The notes under the pieces are model-generated. The model did not search any database. It was not told the DNA's origin and saw nothing but the letters and a program-made list of their open reading frames with translations. Below are positions 8,084 through 18,954 of a stretch of 64,000 nucleotides of DNA, in pieces; the stretch's first letter is position 1, and every line of letters begins with the position of its first letter. The position numbers and the translations under genes were made by a program. Source of the DNA: a virus; IMG/VR virus record IMGVR_UViG_3300027969_000046; one strand, written 5' to 3'.

Positions 8084-9349
8084 ATGTCACTTTTCGGTTT
8101 CTCCGATATTTCTTTTGATAAAAATGTGGTATCAAAAGTTGGCCCTCTTGGCAAGCTTGTTGGTAGTGAGTTTGAAAAAAACACATATCGCTATCCTTTA
8201 GATATTGGTAATGCAGATAAAGGCCATTACCTAATGATTTATATTCGCCAACAGGATAGAAGTTCATTTAAAACTACTCCTTTTGCTGCCGGTAATGCTG
8301 GTTTTGCAGCAGCTGCTAACAATTTGCAGAACAAAGCAAAAGCAGAAATTCAAAGTGGTTTGCAAGCTGCACAAAATAAATTAAACACTGCCATTGGCGG
8401 TGACCTTCTTAGTAAAGTAAATACTAGCAATCTTGGTGGTACAATTTCAGGATTTCTTGGTGATGCATACAATGGTGTTGTTGGTGGTATAAACAATCTT
8501 TTTGGTCAAACAGGTGTTACATTTGGTGGAAGTTCTGCTCTAACAAAATCAGTTATTGATACCTCAATCAAAAACATTACAAATCAAAGCTTTTTAAAAA
8601 TTACAAGTTTGACAACAGACGCTATTGCTCTGTATATGCCAGACTCTTTATCCTATACTTATTCACAATCCTATGACCAAATGGAATTAGGTAATGAATT
8701 AGGTGGTAAAGTATTAGCGGCTGGTAGTTCCGCAAAAGAAGCTTTTCAATCTGGCAAAGGTGCATTACAATCTTTAGGAAAAGCAGGTGCAAGCGCTGGT
8801 AAAAGTGCGTATTATGAGGGTGCAGATGTGGTGCGAGCTGGTGTTGGTGGTTTAGTTGGAGAAAATACTGCAAGATTAGGATTTACCGCTGTTACTGGTG
8901 CAGTTAGAAATCCAATGCTTGAAATGATTTATAAGTCACCAAATTTTAGAACATTTACATTTGATTTTGTATTTTATCCAAGAGATGAAAAAGAAGCTCT
9001 TGAAGTTCAGCGAATAGTAGAGCGTTTGCGTTTTCACCAAGCGCCAGAATTAGTAAAAGGTGCTTCTGGATTTTTAATTCCTCCATCTGAATTTGATATT
9101 AAGTTCTACTATGGTGGCACACAAAACCCCAACATTCCTCCAATTTCAACTTGTGTTTTGGAAACAATTAATGTTGACTATGCACCAAACGGATTCTCGG
9201 CATATGAAGTGCCTAATGAGTCGCAGCCGTCTTTAGGTCGCACAGGTATGCCAGTAGCCATGAAAGTTAGTTTGTCATTTAAAGAAACCACTTACCTTAC
9301 AAAATCTGATTTTAGATGGAAAGAAGGCAACTCACAGGCTAAGAATTAA
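8084..9349 (+). CDS. gp48: Baseplate tail tube cap gp48
   Basis: YRYP, I.LYMP, NP..E..Y..P.FR.F.F.F.F.P....EA and L.F.E motifs. Confidence 0.88.
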   Translation: MSLFGFSDISFDKNVVSKVGPLGKLVGSEFEKNTYRYPLDIGNADKGHYLMIYIRQQDRSSFKTTPFAAGNAGFAAAANNLQNKAKAEIQSGLQAAQNKLNTAIGGDLLSKVNTSNLGGTISGFLGDAYNGVVGGINNLFGQTGVTFGGSSALTKSVIDTSIKNITNQSFLKITSLTTDAIALYMPDSLSYTYSQSYDQMELGNELGGKVLAAGSSAKEAFQSGKGALQSLGKAGASAGKSAYYEGADVVRAGVGGLVGENTARLGFTAVTGAVRNPMLEMIYKSPNFRTFTFDFVFYPRDEKEALEVQRIVERLRFHQAPELVKGASGFLIPPSEFDIKFYYGGTQNPNIPPISTCVLETINVDYAPNGFSAYEVPNESQPSLGRTGMPVAMKVSLSFKETTYLTKSDFRWKEGNSQAKN

Positions 9350-9350
9350 T

Positions 9351-9998
9351 ATGGCAAAATACTTTAATTATTTTCCTAAAACATTTTATAGTGCCAACAA
9401 TAACAATACTGGTTTAGATAGTGTTACCAATATTACTGCTCGGTTTGGTTTTGAAAACTCGTTAAAACAGAATTCATCGGCATTTTACAAATATAACATT
9501 CAAGAATCTGATACTCCAGAAATTATTGCTCGTAAATTTTACGATAATTCTGAAAGACATTGGATTGTGTTACTGTTCAATGATATTCTTGATGCACAAT
9601 ATGATTGGCCATTAAATGAAAAAACATTGGTAAATTATGTTGACGCCAAATACACGGCAAATGGTTCAGCAAATACTAAAGTTCAAACTGGATTAGCTTG
9701 GGCAATGGATACAAATAATGTTCATGCCTACTATAAAATTGTTACAAGAACATCTTTTGATGGTACACAAACTATTGAAAAATTAAAAGTTGATTCCAAC
9801 ACATATGCTAATGTAACTCAAAGCACAAACACATTTAACTTAAATGATGGCACAACTATTACACAAGTTGTTACAAAAGAAAAAGAATCATATTACCAAT
9901 ATGAAGTTGATTTAAATGATACTAAGCGAGAAATTAAATTGCTTAAACCTGAATTTGTTTCTTCAGTAGAAAAAGAATTTAAAAAAGTGATTAAATAA
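9351..9998 (+). CDS. gp53: Baseplate wedge subunit gp53
   Basis: YF..FP, Y.I...DTPE.IA...Y.....HW..LL.N.I.D...DWP, Y.YE...N..KR.I..LKP. Confidence 0.92.
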   Translation: MAKYFNYFPKTFYSANNNNTGLDSVTNITARFGFENSLKQNSSAFYKYNIQESDTPEIIARKFYDNSERHWIVLLFNDILDAQYDWPLNEKTLVNYVDAKYTANGSANTKVQTGLAWAMDTNNVHAYYKIVTRTSFDGTQTIEKLKVDSNTYANVTQSTNTFNLNDGTTITQVVTKEKESYYQYEVDLNDTKREIKLLKPEFVSSVEKEFKKVIK

Positions 9999-11329
9999 TG
10001 GAATTTTCTTTACAGAAATCAACACAGTTTACGATAAATGAACTGGTTATTGTAACTAAATCTGGTGGTATTGATATCACATCAATTTTTGATGAATTGA
10101 ATATCCATGATTCAATCCTTATGCCAGTTATGAGTGGTAGTGTTTTAGTTACTGATGCCGTTGGTTTGTCAAGTAAATTATCTTTTGATGGTTCTGAAGC
10201 CTTACTAATTGACATATCAAAGGATGAAAATTCTGATATTGGTAAATTTAAGAAGGCTTTTAGAATTTATAAGCAATCCAACAGAAAAGAAAATGGTGGT
10301 TCTGAAACTTACATTCTTCATTTTGTTGCCGATGAGTTTATGTATTCTGACCAACAAAAAATTAATCAATCTTTTACTGGCACCTATTCCGATATTGTTA
10401 AAAAGATTTTAGAAAATTATTTAAAAGTACCACAAAATAATGCTGGTGGTGTTTACGAATTAACTTCAGGTATCCGTAATATCACTATACCAAATTTAAG
10501 ACCACTTGAAGCAATTGAATGGTGTGCAAAAAGAGCTGTTGATAGTAAACAATCTCCTAATTTTATGTTCTTTCAAAATATGATTGGATATAATTTTGCT
10601 TCACTATCTACTTTATTGACACAAGATGAAGTGCTTGATATTAAATATCAAATTAAAAATTTAAGTGATTCTGGTGCAATAAATGAAATTAGTAGTGCTC
10701 GTGGTTATGAAGTTATAACTCAGTCTGACAATATTAAAAAAACAAGAGAAGGTGTTAATGCTGGTCAATTTGTTGGTTTTGATCCAATGACCAGAACAGT
10801 TGCCAAAAAGAACATTAAATTTAGTGACCACTATAACAGTATGGATCACGGTAATGAAACACCAAATATAACTAACATTAAAAACCGTGATGGTTTAAGT
10901 AATCAAGAAGCTTTTGATTCTAAGAAAACGGTTAGTATTTTTAGTGCAGCTAAACAGTTAAGTTCATACATCAAACAAAACGACCCATATTCATTACAGA
11001 AACAAGAGAATTATGAAAATTATTTGTTTCAAAGAAAAGCTATTCTTGCTAATTTAATGGAAAAAAGAATTAAGTTTGCAATGCCTGGTAACTTTCAATT
11101 GACGTCTGGTTTAAATGTTAATGTTATGTTACCTAATATGGCACAAAAAGAAATGGGTGATGATAATACCGATGATAGTTTAAGTGGTAAATATATTATT
11201 ATTGCTTCTCGACAAATTATTGGTTTAGAAAAACATGAAACAATTATTGAAGTTGCTACTACATCAACAGAAAAAGAATTTGTTGAAACGAGTGATTCTG
11301 CTCAAAACGCTGACATTTTAGATTATTGA
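9998..11329 (+). CDS. Baseplate hub protein (gp27-like)
   Basis: Lies between gp53 and gp5; F.FF.N..G..F.S, PGNF.L..G and LSG.Y.I....H-like hub motifs. Confidence 0.65.
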   Translation: MEFSLQKSTQFTINELVIVTKSGGIDITSIFDELNIHDSILMPVMSGSVLVTDAVGLSSKLSFDGSEALLIDISKDENSDIGKFKKAFRIYKQSNRKENGGSETYILHFVADEFMYSDQQKINQSFTGTYSDIVKKILENYLKVPQNNAGGVYELTSGIRNITIPNLRPLEAIEWCAKRAVDSKQSPNFMFFQNMIGYNFASLSTLLTQDEVLDIKYQIKNLSDSGAINEISSARGYEVITQSDNIKKTREGVNAGQFVGFDPMTRTVAKKNIKFSDHYNSMDHGNETPNITNIKNRDGLSNQEAFDSKKTVSIFSAAKQLSSYIKQNDPYSLQKQENYENYLFQRKAILANLMEKRIKFAMPGNFQLTSGLNVNVMLPNMAQKEMGDDNTDDSLSGKYIIIASRQIIGLEKHETIIEVATTSTEKEFVETSDSAQNADILDY

Positions 11330-11330
11330 T

Positions 11331-12392
11331 ATGGCCGAAAACGATAAAGATTTTGCTGGTAAAAACGGATTCACATGGTGGGTCGGTGTTGTAGAAGATA
11401 GACAAGACCCACTAAAGATGGGTCGTGTGCGTGTGCGAGCTGTTGGTTGGAATGCTGATAACAAAATGCAATTACCAACAGACCAGTTGCCATGGGCTAT
11501 GCCTATGTTACCTGTAAATAATACAAACCCGTATGCACCAAAAGAAGGTGATATGGTTATTGGATTCTTTACAGACGGAGAAGCGGCACAAGAGCCAGTT
11601 ATTATGGGTGTATTTCCTGGTATTGCATTGAAGGCTGCAAACGCACAAGAAGCATTTGCAGACCCAAGAACAGGTGACCAATTAACCTCTGCGCCAGTTA
11701 AACCAAATGAAAGTGCAACAGGTTATCCAAGAAGAATAGATGAACCAAGCACATCACGCTTGGCAAGAAATGAAAAGATAGATGATTCAATTGTTTCCTT
11801 AAAGAAGGCAAAGAAGGCAGACAAGGTAGAACCAGACCCCTATTATGCGGCAAAATACCCATATAATAATGTCCATGAATCAGAAAGTGGGCACGCTTTG
11901 GAGTTCGATGACACGAAGGATGCAGAGAGAGTTCATCTGTATCATCGCTCGGGCTCTTACATCGAATGGGGACCTGCTGGAGACAGAGCGGAACGCATTG
12001 AAAAAGATAAGTTCACAGTAGTAATCGGAAACGATTCAATATATGTGAAGGGTGATGTTGCCATCTATGTTAATGGTAATGTTACCGCAGATATTAAAGG
12101 TGATGTTAAGGCAATTATTGGTGGTGGCGTGAATATGAATGTTACTGGTGATGTAAATGCTACAACACCAAACTTAAATTTAACTGGTGATTTGAATGTT
12201 ACGGGTCAAACCACAGTAAGTAAAAATATTTTAGTTGGCCAAGGAATCACAACAGGAACTGGTGGCGGCGGTGGTAATATGACAGTCAACGGTTCCGCTT
12301 CGTTTACAGGTGATGTAGTTGCTCAAGGCACAAGTTTACATACACATACTCATTCGGATCCACAAGGTGGAAACACCGGCCCTCCAGTTTAG
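11331..12392 (+). CDS. gp5: Baseplate central spike gp5, without lysozyme domain and with HxH apex
   Basis: OB-fold WW.GVVEDR.DP...GRVRVR, YPYN.V.ESESGH..EFDDT...ER, V.G beta-helix repeats and C-terminal HTHTH. Confidence 0.92.
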   Translation: MAENDKDFAGKNGFTWWVGVVEDRQDPLKMGRVRVRAVGWNADNKMQLPTDQLPWAMPMLPVNNTNPYAPKEGDMVIGFFTDGEAAQEPVIMGVFPGIALKAANAQEAFADPRTGDQLTSAPVKPNESATGYPRRIDEPSTSRLARNEKIDDSIVSLKKAKKADKVEPDPYYAAKYPYNNVHESESGHALEFDDTKDAERVHLYHRSGSYIEWGPAGDRAERIEKDKFTVVIGNDSIYVKGDVAIYVNGNVTADIKGDVKAIIGGGVNMNVTGDVNATTPNLNLTGDLNVTGQTTVSKNILVGQGITTGTGGGGGNMTVNGSASFTGDVVAQGTSLHTHTHSDPQGGNTGPPV

Positions 12393-12395
12393 GCG

Positions 12396-12403
12396 AATAA
12401 ATA
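12396..12403 (+). promoter_or_regulatory. Late promoter variant AATAAATA before gp25
   Basis: Intergenic, 4 nt upstream of the ATG. Confidence 0.6.
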
Positions 12404-12407
12404 AGAT

Positions 12408-12812
12408 ATGGCAACAATAGACATAGAAAGTGCAAGGTCGTTTAAAGATTTGGATTTAGCGTTTACGATTCATCCAATTCGTAAAGACATTAACACTCAC
12501 AAAAACGAATACGCAGTAATTAATTCAGTTAAGAATTTAATTCTAACTAATCATTATGAGCGTCCATTTCAACCAGAAATTGGTAGTAATATTCGCCGTC
12601 TTTTGTTTGAACAAGTAGATTCTGTTACAGCTGCACAGATTGAGAGAGATATAGTTGAAACTATTAGCAATTTTGAACCACGAGTTAAAGTGTCAAAAGT
12701 AATAGCCTCAGCAGCACCAGACGATAATGGATATAAAATACTATTGGAGTTTTTTATCATTAATAACCCAAATCCAATTTCAATCAATTTCTTTTTAGAG
12801 CGGATTAGATAA
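12408..12812 (+). CDS. gp25: Baseplate wedge subunit gp25
   Basis: DLDL.F..HP, S..NL..T...ERPF.P..G and EPRV motifs. Confidence 0.95.
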   Translation: MATIDIESARSFKDLDLAFTIHPIRKDINTHKNEYAVINSVKNLILTNHYERPFQPEIGSNIRRLLFEQVDSVTAAQIERDIVETISNFEPRVKVSKVIASAAPDDNGYKILLEFFIINNPNPISINFFLERIR

Positions 12813-12816
12813 TAAA

Positions 12817-14880
12817 ATGGCAGACCGTTTAAGAGTTACCGAACTTGATTTTGATACAATCAAGTCGAATTTAAAGACCTTTTTAAATCAACAAACAGAG
12901 TTTACAGACTATGACTTTGAAGGGTCTGGCCTTTCTGTTTTGTTGGATATCTTGGCATACAACACCCACTATAATGCTTATTACCTTAACATGGTTGCAA
13001 ATGAGTCATTTTTAGATACCGCTTTGTTGCGTGATTCTGCCGTTTCACACGCAAAGACTTTGGGTTACACACCATATTCAACTACTGCACCAACTGCAAC
13101 TATTGATTTTCAAGTTGCATCTGGTTCAACAACACCAGCAACATTAACTATTCCATCAGGATTTGCTTTCTTATCAAATCAAATTGATAATAAGTCCTAC
13201 AATTTTGTTGTTTTGGATGACACAACAGTTACCAAATCAAATACAAGTTATTATTTCGATAACCTTGAAATTCGTGAAGGTCAATTAATTACTTATAGCT
13301 TTGGATATAATGCAGCTTCAAATCCAAAACAAATTTTTACATTACCTGATGAAGGTATTGATACTAACACAATTAAAGTTGTAGTAACACCACAATCTGC
13401 CAATACTGCAACTTCCACTTATAGCAAAGTTACTGATGTTTTGGATGTTTCTAATACATCTGAAGTTTATTTCTTACAAGAAAGTCGCAACGGAAAATAT
13501 GAAATTTATTTTGGTAACGATGATGTAGGTAAATCTTTGCCTGATGGTGCAACCGTATCTGTAAGATATTTGGTTACCAATGGTACTGCGGCCAATAAAG
13601 CAAATAATTTTATTGCAACTGCTACACTAACAGATTCTTTAAGTGTTTCTCAAACAAATTTTACAATTACTCCAATCATTTCTGCTTCTGGTGGTTCAGA
13701 CCGTGAATCTGTTGATAATATTAAATTCTCAGCACAAGCACAATATGCCACACAGAATCGTTTGGTTACAGTAAAAGATTATGAATCATATATTAAAAAT
13801 CATTACCCAAGTGTCGATTCAATTTCTGTTTGGGGTGGAGAAGATGAGATTCCTAAAGTTTATGGTAAAGTATATGTAGCTTTAAAACCAAAAGCAAATT
13901 ATTATATTTCTGAAACAGAGAAAGCTAGAATTGTATCGGAAATTATTAATCCAAAATCTATTATTTCGGTACAAACTGAAATTCGTGATGCCGAATATTT
14001 GTATTTGTTGTTGGAAAATGATGTCCAATATGACCCAAGAAAAACAACATCTACTGAAACTGCATTAAAACAATCTATTAAACAAGCAATATTAAATTAT
14101 AATACCACTTATTTAAATAAATTTGGAACAATATATGTTGCTTCTGATGTTGAGGCTGACATTAATCAAGTAAATCCTAATGCTGTTGTTGGTGTAAGAA
14201 CAACAACAAGAGTTCAAAAAAGATTTCAACCACAATTAGATAAATCAGTAAGTTATGAAATTAAATTTAATGTTCCTTTGCATCGTGGTACAATTACCAA
14301 TAAATTAACATCAACACAATTTGCAGTATATGATTTAACAGGAACATTAAGAACGGCGTTGTTTGAAGAAACACCACAATCTTATACAGGCGTTTCGGAA
14401 ATTCAAATTACAAATCCTGGTTCAAGCTACACAACAACTCCAACAGTAACAATTAATGGTGATGGAACTGGTGCAACTGCTGAAGCTGTAATTGTTAATG
14501 GAAGAATTCAAACAATTAATATCACAAATCGTGGTACAGATTATACTCGTGCTACTGTTTCAATTACAGGCGGTAGTGGTTACGGCGCAGAAGCTGTAGC
14601 TGTTATTGATGGTAGAACAGGCACACTTAGAACAATTTACTACGATACATTAGCACAAAGACAGATTATTAATTCAAATGCTGGAACAATTGACTACAAT
14701 AATGGTATTGTTACTATTAATAATATTCGTTTTATAAGAATTGATTCGAATGATGAATTAATTCGCCTATCAATTGAGATTGAAAAAGGTTATCTTCAAT
14801 CGACAAGAGATACAATTCTTACTATTGATGTGGATGATCCAACTGCCATATCAACAACATTAGAAAAAATTAGCAAATAA
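12817..14880 (+). CDS. gp6: Baseplate wedge subunit gp6
   Basis: LDFD.IK..L, DYDFEGS.LS.L.D.LAYNTHY, ESFL.TA.LR and Q.R.VT..DY motifs. Confidence 0.95.
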   Translation: MADRLRVTELDFDTIKSNLKTFLNQQTEFTDYDFEGSGLSVLLDILAYNTHYNAYYLNMVANESFLDTALLRDSAVSHAKTLGYTPYSTTAPTATIDFQVASGSTTPATLTIPSGFAFLSNQIDNKSYNFVVLDDTTVTKSNTSYYFDNLEIREGQLITYSFGYNAASNPKQIFTLPDEGIDTNTIKVVVTPQSANTATSTYSKVTDVLDVSNTSEVYFLQESRNGKYEIYFGNDDVGKSLPDGATVSVRYLVTNGTAANKANNFIATATLTDSLSVSQTNFTITPIISASGGSDRESVDNIKFSAQAQYATQNRLVTVKDYESYIKNHYPSVDSISVWGGEDEIPKVYGKVYVALKPKANYYISETEKARIVSEIINPKSIISVQTEIRDAEYLYLLLENDVQYDPRKTTSTETALKQSIKQAILNYNTTYLNKFGTIYVASDVEADINQVNPNAVVGVRTTTRVQKRFQPQLDKSVSYEIKFNVPLHRGTITNKLTSTQFAVYDLTGTLRTALFEETPQSYTGVSEIQITNPGSSYTTTPTVTINGDGTGATAEAVIVNGRIQTINITNRGTDYTRATVSITGGSGYGAEAVAVIDGRTGTLRTIYYDTLAQRQIINSNAGTIDYNNGIVTINNIRFIRIDSNDELIRLSIEIEKGYLQSTRDTILTIDVDDPTAISTTLEKISK

Positions 14881-17378
14881 TGTCCAATCAAAAGACCTCC
14901 TTACTGATTAATCGTCAGGTACCGGAGTTTGTTCGGGAAGAATATCCTAATTTTATTGCTTTTTTGGAAGCATATTATGAATTTTTGGAAACAAAACAAA
15001 CCGGCAAAAATAATGATTTAACATCGCAAGCTAAAGATTTGCGGTATGTTTCTGATGTTGATTCATCTATTGTTCAATTTGAAGATAACTTTTTTAATAC
15101 TTACGCTTCTTTAGTTCCAAAAACAGTTGCTGTTGATAAAGCTTTATTAATTAAAAATTTATTGCCTTTGTATCTTGCTAAAGGTAATGAAAAATCATTT
15201 AAACTTCTATTCAGACTTCTTTTCAATGAAGATGTGGAAGTTATTCAACCCAAATCAAGTGTTCTTAAAGCTTCAGATGGTAAGTGGTTAATTGAAAAAG
15301 CCTTTCGTATTTCACAAGATGTTTACAGCACCTATACAGGCAACGGTACAACAACTATATTCAAACTAGCACAAGTTGTTGATTCTACTGAAATTGTTGT
15401 TTATGTGGATGATGTTATTCAGACAACTAATTTTAGAATTCGTAAAGAAAGCCGCAAACTTGTATTCAATACTGCACCAAGTAGTAATGCTAAAATAAGA
15501 ATTCTTTATAATAATTTTAATTATGAACTATTAAACAATAGAAAAGTTGTTGGTACAACATCTAATGCATATGCTATTGTTGAAAGAACTGGCCAAAAAA
15601 CGGTTAATGGTGTTGGTTCATTTGAATTATATGTAAATACAAAAACTTTGGTTGGTCAATTTGCCGATGGTGAAGTTGGAACATTAACTATTATTGATCC
15701 TGATGATTCCACATTAATTTATATTGAAGTTTTAGGATTATCAATTTTAAGAACTATTAATGTTATTGATGGTGGCGCAAGTTATAATGTTGGTGACCCC
15801 GTAGTTATTACTGGTGGTAATGCTGTTAAACAAGCTGAAGCATTGGTTTCAGAAGTATTCTCTGGTTACATTAATCAAATTCGTGTTCTTGCTGGTGGTT
15901 CAGGTTTTAAAATTGGTTCAAATGTAAACTTGGTTGGTACAACTGCAAATGCTTCATTAGTTTTGGCAATTGACGGAGTTGATACTTCAGGTGCCAATGC
16001 AGCTAATAGTTTTATTGTTAATACAGACAAAATTGGTGACTATACCACAAAAACAATTAGTGATGCAAACTATGGATTTCCAAGTGCTGTTACGGAAAAT
16101 GTTGCAACAAGATTAATTGACGCTTTTACATTTGCACCATTAACTGGTATTGGTCCAATTACCAATGTGGCAATTCTTTTTGCTAACGCAATTTTCTCTA
16201 CTGTTCCAACTTTAGATGCTGATTCAGCACCTTACACGGCAAGTGGAGAAGTTGAGCACGTTTATTCAACAGGCTCTTTAGGTAGATTAACAATCAATAG
16301 TGGCGGAACAAACTATGCCATTGGTGACGAACTTGTATTTACATTAACTCAACCAATGTCGTTTGGTTTTGGTGCAGCTGCTGCTGTAACTAATGTATCT
16401 ACAAGTGGTGCAATTACTAAAGTTCAATTACAACCACCAAGACTTACTGGCACAGTTAATGTTACTTCAACATTAAACACTCTTACTGGAACAGGCACAT
16501 TATTTCAAAGAGAATTGGAGATTGGTGACCAGATTATGGTTAACAACCAAATCAGTTGGGTTAATGCTATTAGTTCTAATACTTCATTGACAACCAATGT
16601 AAATTTTGGTTATACTGAAACAAATAGAAAACTTGGTAAATTTGAATTGTTGCCAATTGGTGGTATCAATTATGCTTTTGATAAACTTCCTTCTGTAACA
16701 GTATCTTCTACATCTGGTGCAAATGCTAATATTGCAGTCCAAGGAATACTTGGTGATGGTGAAAATCTATTTGCAACGGCAGACAAAAATCCTGGTGAAA
16801 TTTTAAAGATTCGTATTGTTGATGCTGGTCAAGGATATGAATATCCACCAGAAATTGATTTGACTGGAAGTGGTAATAGAGCTGCAAGAGCCAATGCTTC
16901 AGTTGAACCTAGTTATGTTGAATTTCCTGGTCGTTGGACAACATCCGATTCTATTCTTTCTGCTTCAGAAAGGGTTATTCAAGGTCGTAATTTCTATATT
17001 GATTATGCCTATGTTCTTTCTTCTAAAGTTGAATTTGGTAAATTTAAAGATGTCTTTAAAAACCTTATTCATCCAGCAGGTTTTGTGGAATATGCGGAGT
17101 TTAAAATTGATGAGGTTGTGGCCGCAAACAATCTTTCCAGAAGTAGCATAACTATAAGCAATAGTGTTGCTGGTACTGTAAACACAAACGGCAGTATGTA
17201 TGTGATGGGAACAGGCACATTGTTTAATGTGGTTACTGGAATCATTACTGTTGGTTCACAGATTGCGGTTAACTCTGAAATTAGAACGGTTAATGCCATT
17301 TACAGTAATACCCTATTGACAGTTTCCACACCATTTACATATACATCAAATGTTCAAGATTTAATAATAGTGGCATAA
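14880..17378 (+). CDS. gp7: Baseplate wedge initiator (gp7-like)
   Basis: Q.PEF....P.F..FL.AYY, Y..KG...S...LFR.L and K..IHPAG; follows gp6. Confidence 0.7.
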   Translation: MSNQKTSLLINRQVPEFVREEYPNFIAFLEAYYEFLETKQTGKNNDLTSQAKDLRYVSDVDSSIVQFEDNFFNTYASLVPKTVAVDKALLIKNLLPLYLAKGNEKSFKLLFRLLFNEDVEVIQPKSSVLKASDGKWLIEKAFRISQDVYSTYTGNGTTTIFKLAQVVDSTEIVVYVDDVIQTTNFRIRKESRKLVFNTAPSSNAKIRILYNNFNYELLNNRKVVGTTSNAYAIVERTGQKTVNGVGSFELYVNTKTLVGQFADGEVGTLTIIDPDDSTLIYIEVLGLSILRTINVIDGGASYNVGDPVVITGGNAVKQAEALVSEVFSGYINQIRVLAGGSGFKIGSNVNLVGTTANASLVLAIDGVDTSGANAANSFIVNTDKIGDYTTKTISDANYGFPSAVTENVATRLIDAFTFAPLTGIGPITNVAILFANAIFSTVPTLDADSAPYTASGEVEHVYSTGSLGRLTINSGGTNYAIGDELVFTLTQPMSFGFGAAAAVTNVSTSGAITKVQLQPPRLTGTVNVTSTLNTLTGTGTLFQRELEIGDQIMVNNQISWVNAISSNTSLTTNVNFGYTETNRKLGKFELLPIGGINYAFDKLPSVTVSSTSGANANIAVQGILGDGENLFATADKNPGEILKIRIVDAGQGYEYPPEIDLTGSGNRAARANASVEPSYVEFPGRWTTSDSILSASERVIQGRNFYIDYAYVLSSKVEFGKFKDVFKNLIHPAGFVEYAEFKIDEVVAANNLSRSSITISNSVAGTVNTNGSMYVMGTGTLFNVVTGIITVGSQIAVNSEIRTVNAIYSNTLLTVSTPFTYTSNVQDLIIVA

Positions 17379-17381
17379 ATA
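17374..17381 (+). promoter_or_regulatory. Late promoter variant CATAAATA before gp8
   Basis: 10 nt upstream of the ATG. Confidence 0.6.
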
Positions 17382-17391
17382 AAGAATTAAT

Positions 17392-18942
17392 ATGGCAACT
17401 TTTTATACCTCAAAGAAACTCTCGTTCAATAACGCAGAACAATTCAAAGAATCGTTCTCAGAACCAGCTGCAACAGTTGGTTATGTTTTTATTGGAAACC
17501 ATGTTCCTTATGCAAACGAATCGTCACCAAACTCCATCGTTGATTCTACATCCGATGAAAAGACAGTTTGGGACAATATGTTTGCAGCCAAAAAAGTTAC
17601 TGGTAACGATGTGGAATTGGTTGTTCCTAGGGTCAATTGGACAGGATCCACAAAATACAAACAATATGATGATTTAATTACAATAGATGATTTGACAACC
17701 GGCAATACAACATTGAATGTTAAACCAATGTATGTTATTACCACAGACCGAAATGTCTATAAGTGTTTGTCAAACAACGCTTCCGCTAATTCTACTGTTA
17801 TGCCAACTGGTGATTACACCACCGCAAACGGTACAATTAAAACTGCTGACGGTTACATTTGGAAGTATATGTATAATGTCAAACCTTCTAATAAGTTTTT
17901 GACAACCGATTGGATGCCAGCACCAATTTCCACATCAAAATTAGATTACAATGTGAGTTCTGCTGATGTTGTAAATGGTGAATTAACCACTATTATTGTT
18001 ACAAATGGTGGAACTGGATATGCGGAACCTTCTATTTTATCTACTGCATTTGGTCCAGGCGTAACATCAATTAATTTGGCCAACACAACAAATGTGGCTG
18101 CAAATATGTATGTTAGTGGAACAGGTATTGCAACATCCACTTTAGTTACCGCAGTTAATGCTATTAGCTCTACAATTACAATTTCTACTGCCACAACCGC
18201 AAACGGTGGCGGAACAGTAGCAAACAATTTAACATTTACAACAAGAGTTTATGTTAGTGGTGATGGTTCTGGTACAGAAGCTTCTGCAACAATTGCCAGT
18301 CGTGCCATTTCAAAGATTACAGTAGATGTGACAGGATCAGGATATACATATGCAAATGCTATTGTATATGGTTCTGGAACGGGAGCAAATGTTCGTGTTG
18401 CTTTACCTCCACAATACGGCCATGCATACAATCCCGCTAAAGAATTGAATGGCGGAAATGTAATGGTTGCTGATAAGATTGGATTGGTAGATTCAACAGA
18501 AGGTGGACTTATTTCCACTAGCACAGCATTTAGACAATATGGCCTTCTACGGGACCCATATAAATATGGTGAAACATCACCAGTAACAAGTTCTAATGCA
18601 AATACTGTTATCTCACAAACAACCAATTTGACATTGGTCGCAGGTACTGATTTTACATTGAACGAATTTGTCTACCAAGGTAGTTCTGCAAACAATGCCT
18701 ATTTTTATGGTTTTGTTAATGCACAATCTTCAAACCAAGTTAGATTGACTAAAGTTAGAGGTCAAGCTGCGGTTGGTGGTATTTTGATTGGTGCCAGTTC
18801 TGGTGTAAACAGAACAATTGTTAAACAAAATTTACCAGAGTTCCAACCATATAGTGGCGATATCATGTATGCTGAAAATATACAAAAAGTTGAAAGAGCA
18901 GAAGGACAAGCTGAAAATGTTAAGTTTGTTATTAGATTCTAA
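17392..18942 (+). CDS. gp8: Baseplate wedge subunit gp8
   Basis: W..M.A.KK, PR.NW, VYKCL.N, DGY.WKYMY, SG...Y.EN....R...Q.E motifs. Confidence 0.9.
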   Translation: MATFYTSKKLSFNNAEQFKESFSEPAATVGYVFIGNHVPYANESSPNSIVDSTSDEKTVWDNMFAAKKVTGNDVELVVPRVNWTGSTKYKQYDDLITIDDLTTGNTTLNVKPMYVITTDRNVYKCLSNNASANSTVMPTGDYTTANGTIKTADGYIWKYMYNVKPSNKFLTTDWMPAPISTSKLDYNVSSADVVNGELTTIIVTNGGTGYAEPSILSTAFGPGVTSINLANTTNVAANMYVSGTGIATSTLVTAVNAISSTITISTATTANGGGTVANNLTFTTRVYVSGDGSGTEASATIASRAISKITVDVTGSGYTYANAIVYGSGTGANVRVALPPQYGHAYNPAKELNGGNVMVADKIGLVDSTEGGLISTSTAFRQYGLLRDPYKYGETSPVTSSNANTVISQTTNLTLVAGTDFTLNEFVYQGSSANNAYFYGFVNAQSSNQVRLTKVRGQAAVGGILIGASSGVNRTIVKQNLPEFQPYSGDIMYAENIQKVERAEGQAENVKFVIRF

Positions 18943-18954
18943 GGAAAATATTTA

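Noticed and set aside
11760-12060. T4 repEA/repEB-like antisense genes or oriE inside gene 5
   Set aside because: I saw no convincing minus-strand ORF with an SD and no iteron array; only the compositional shift is retained as a finding.
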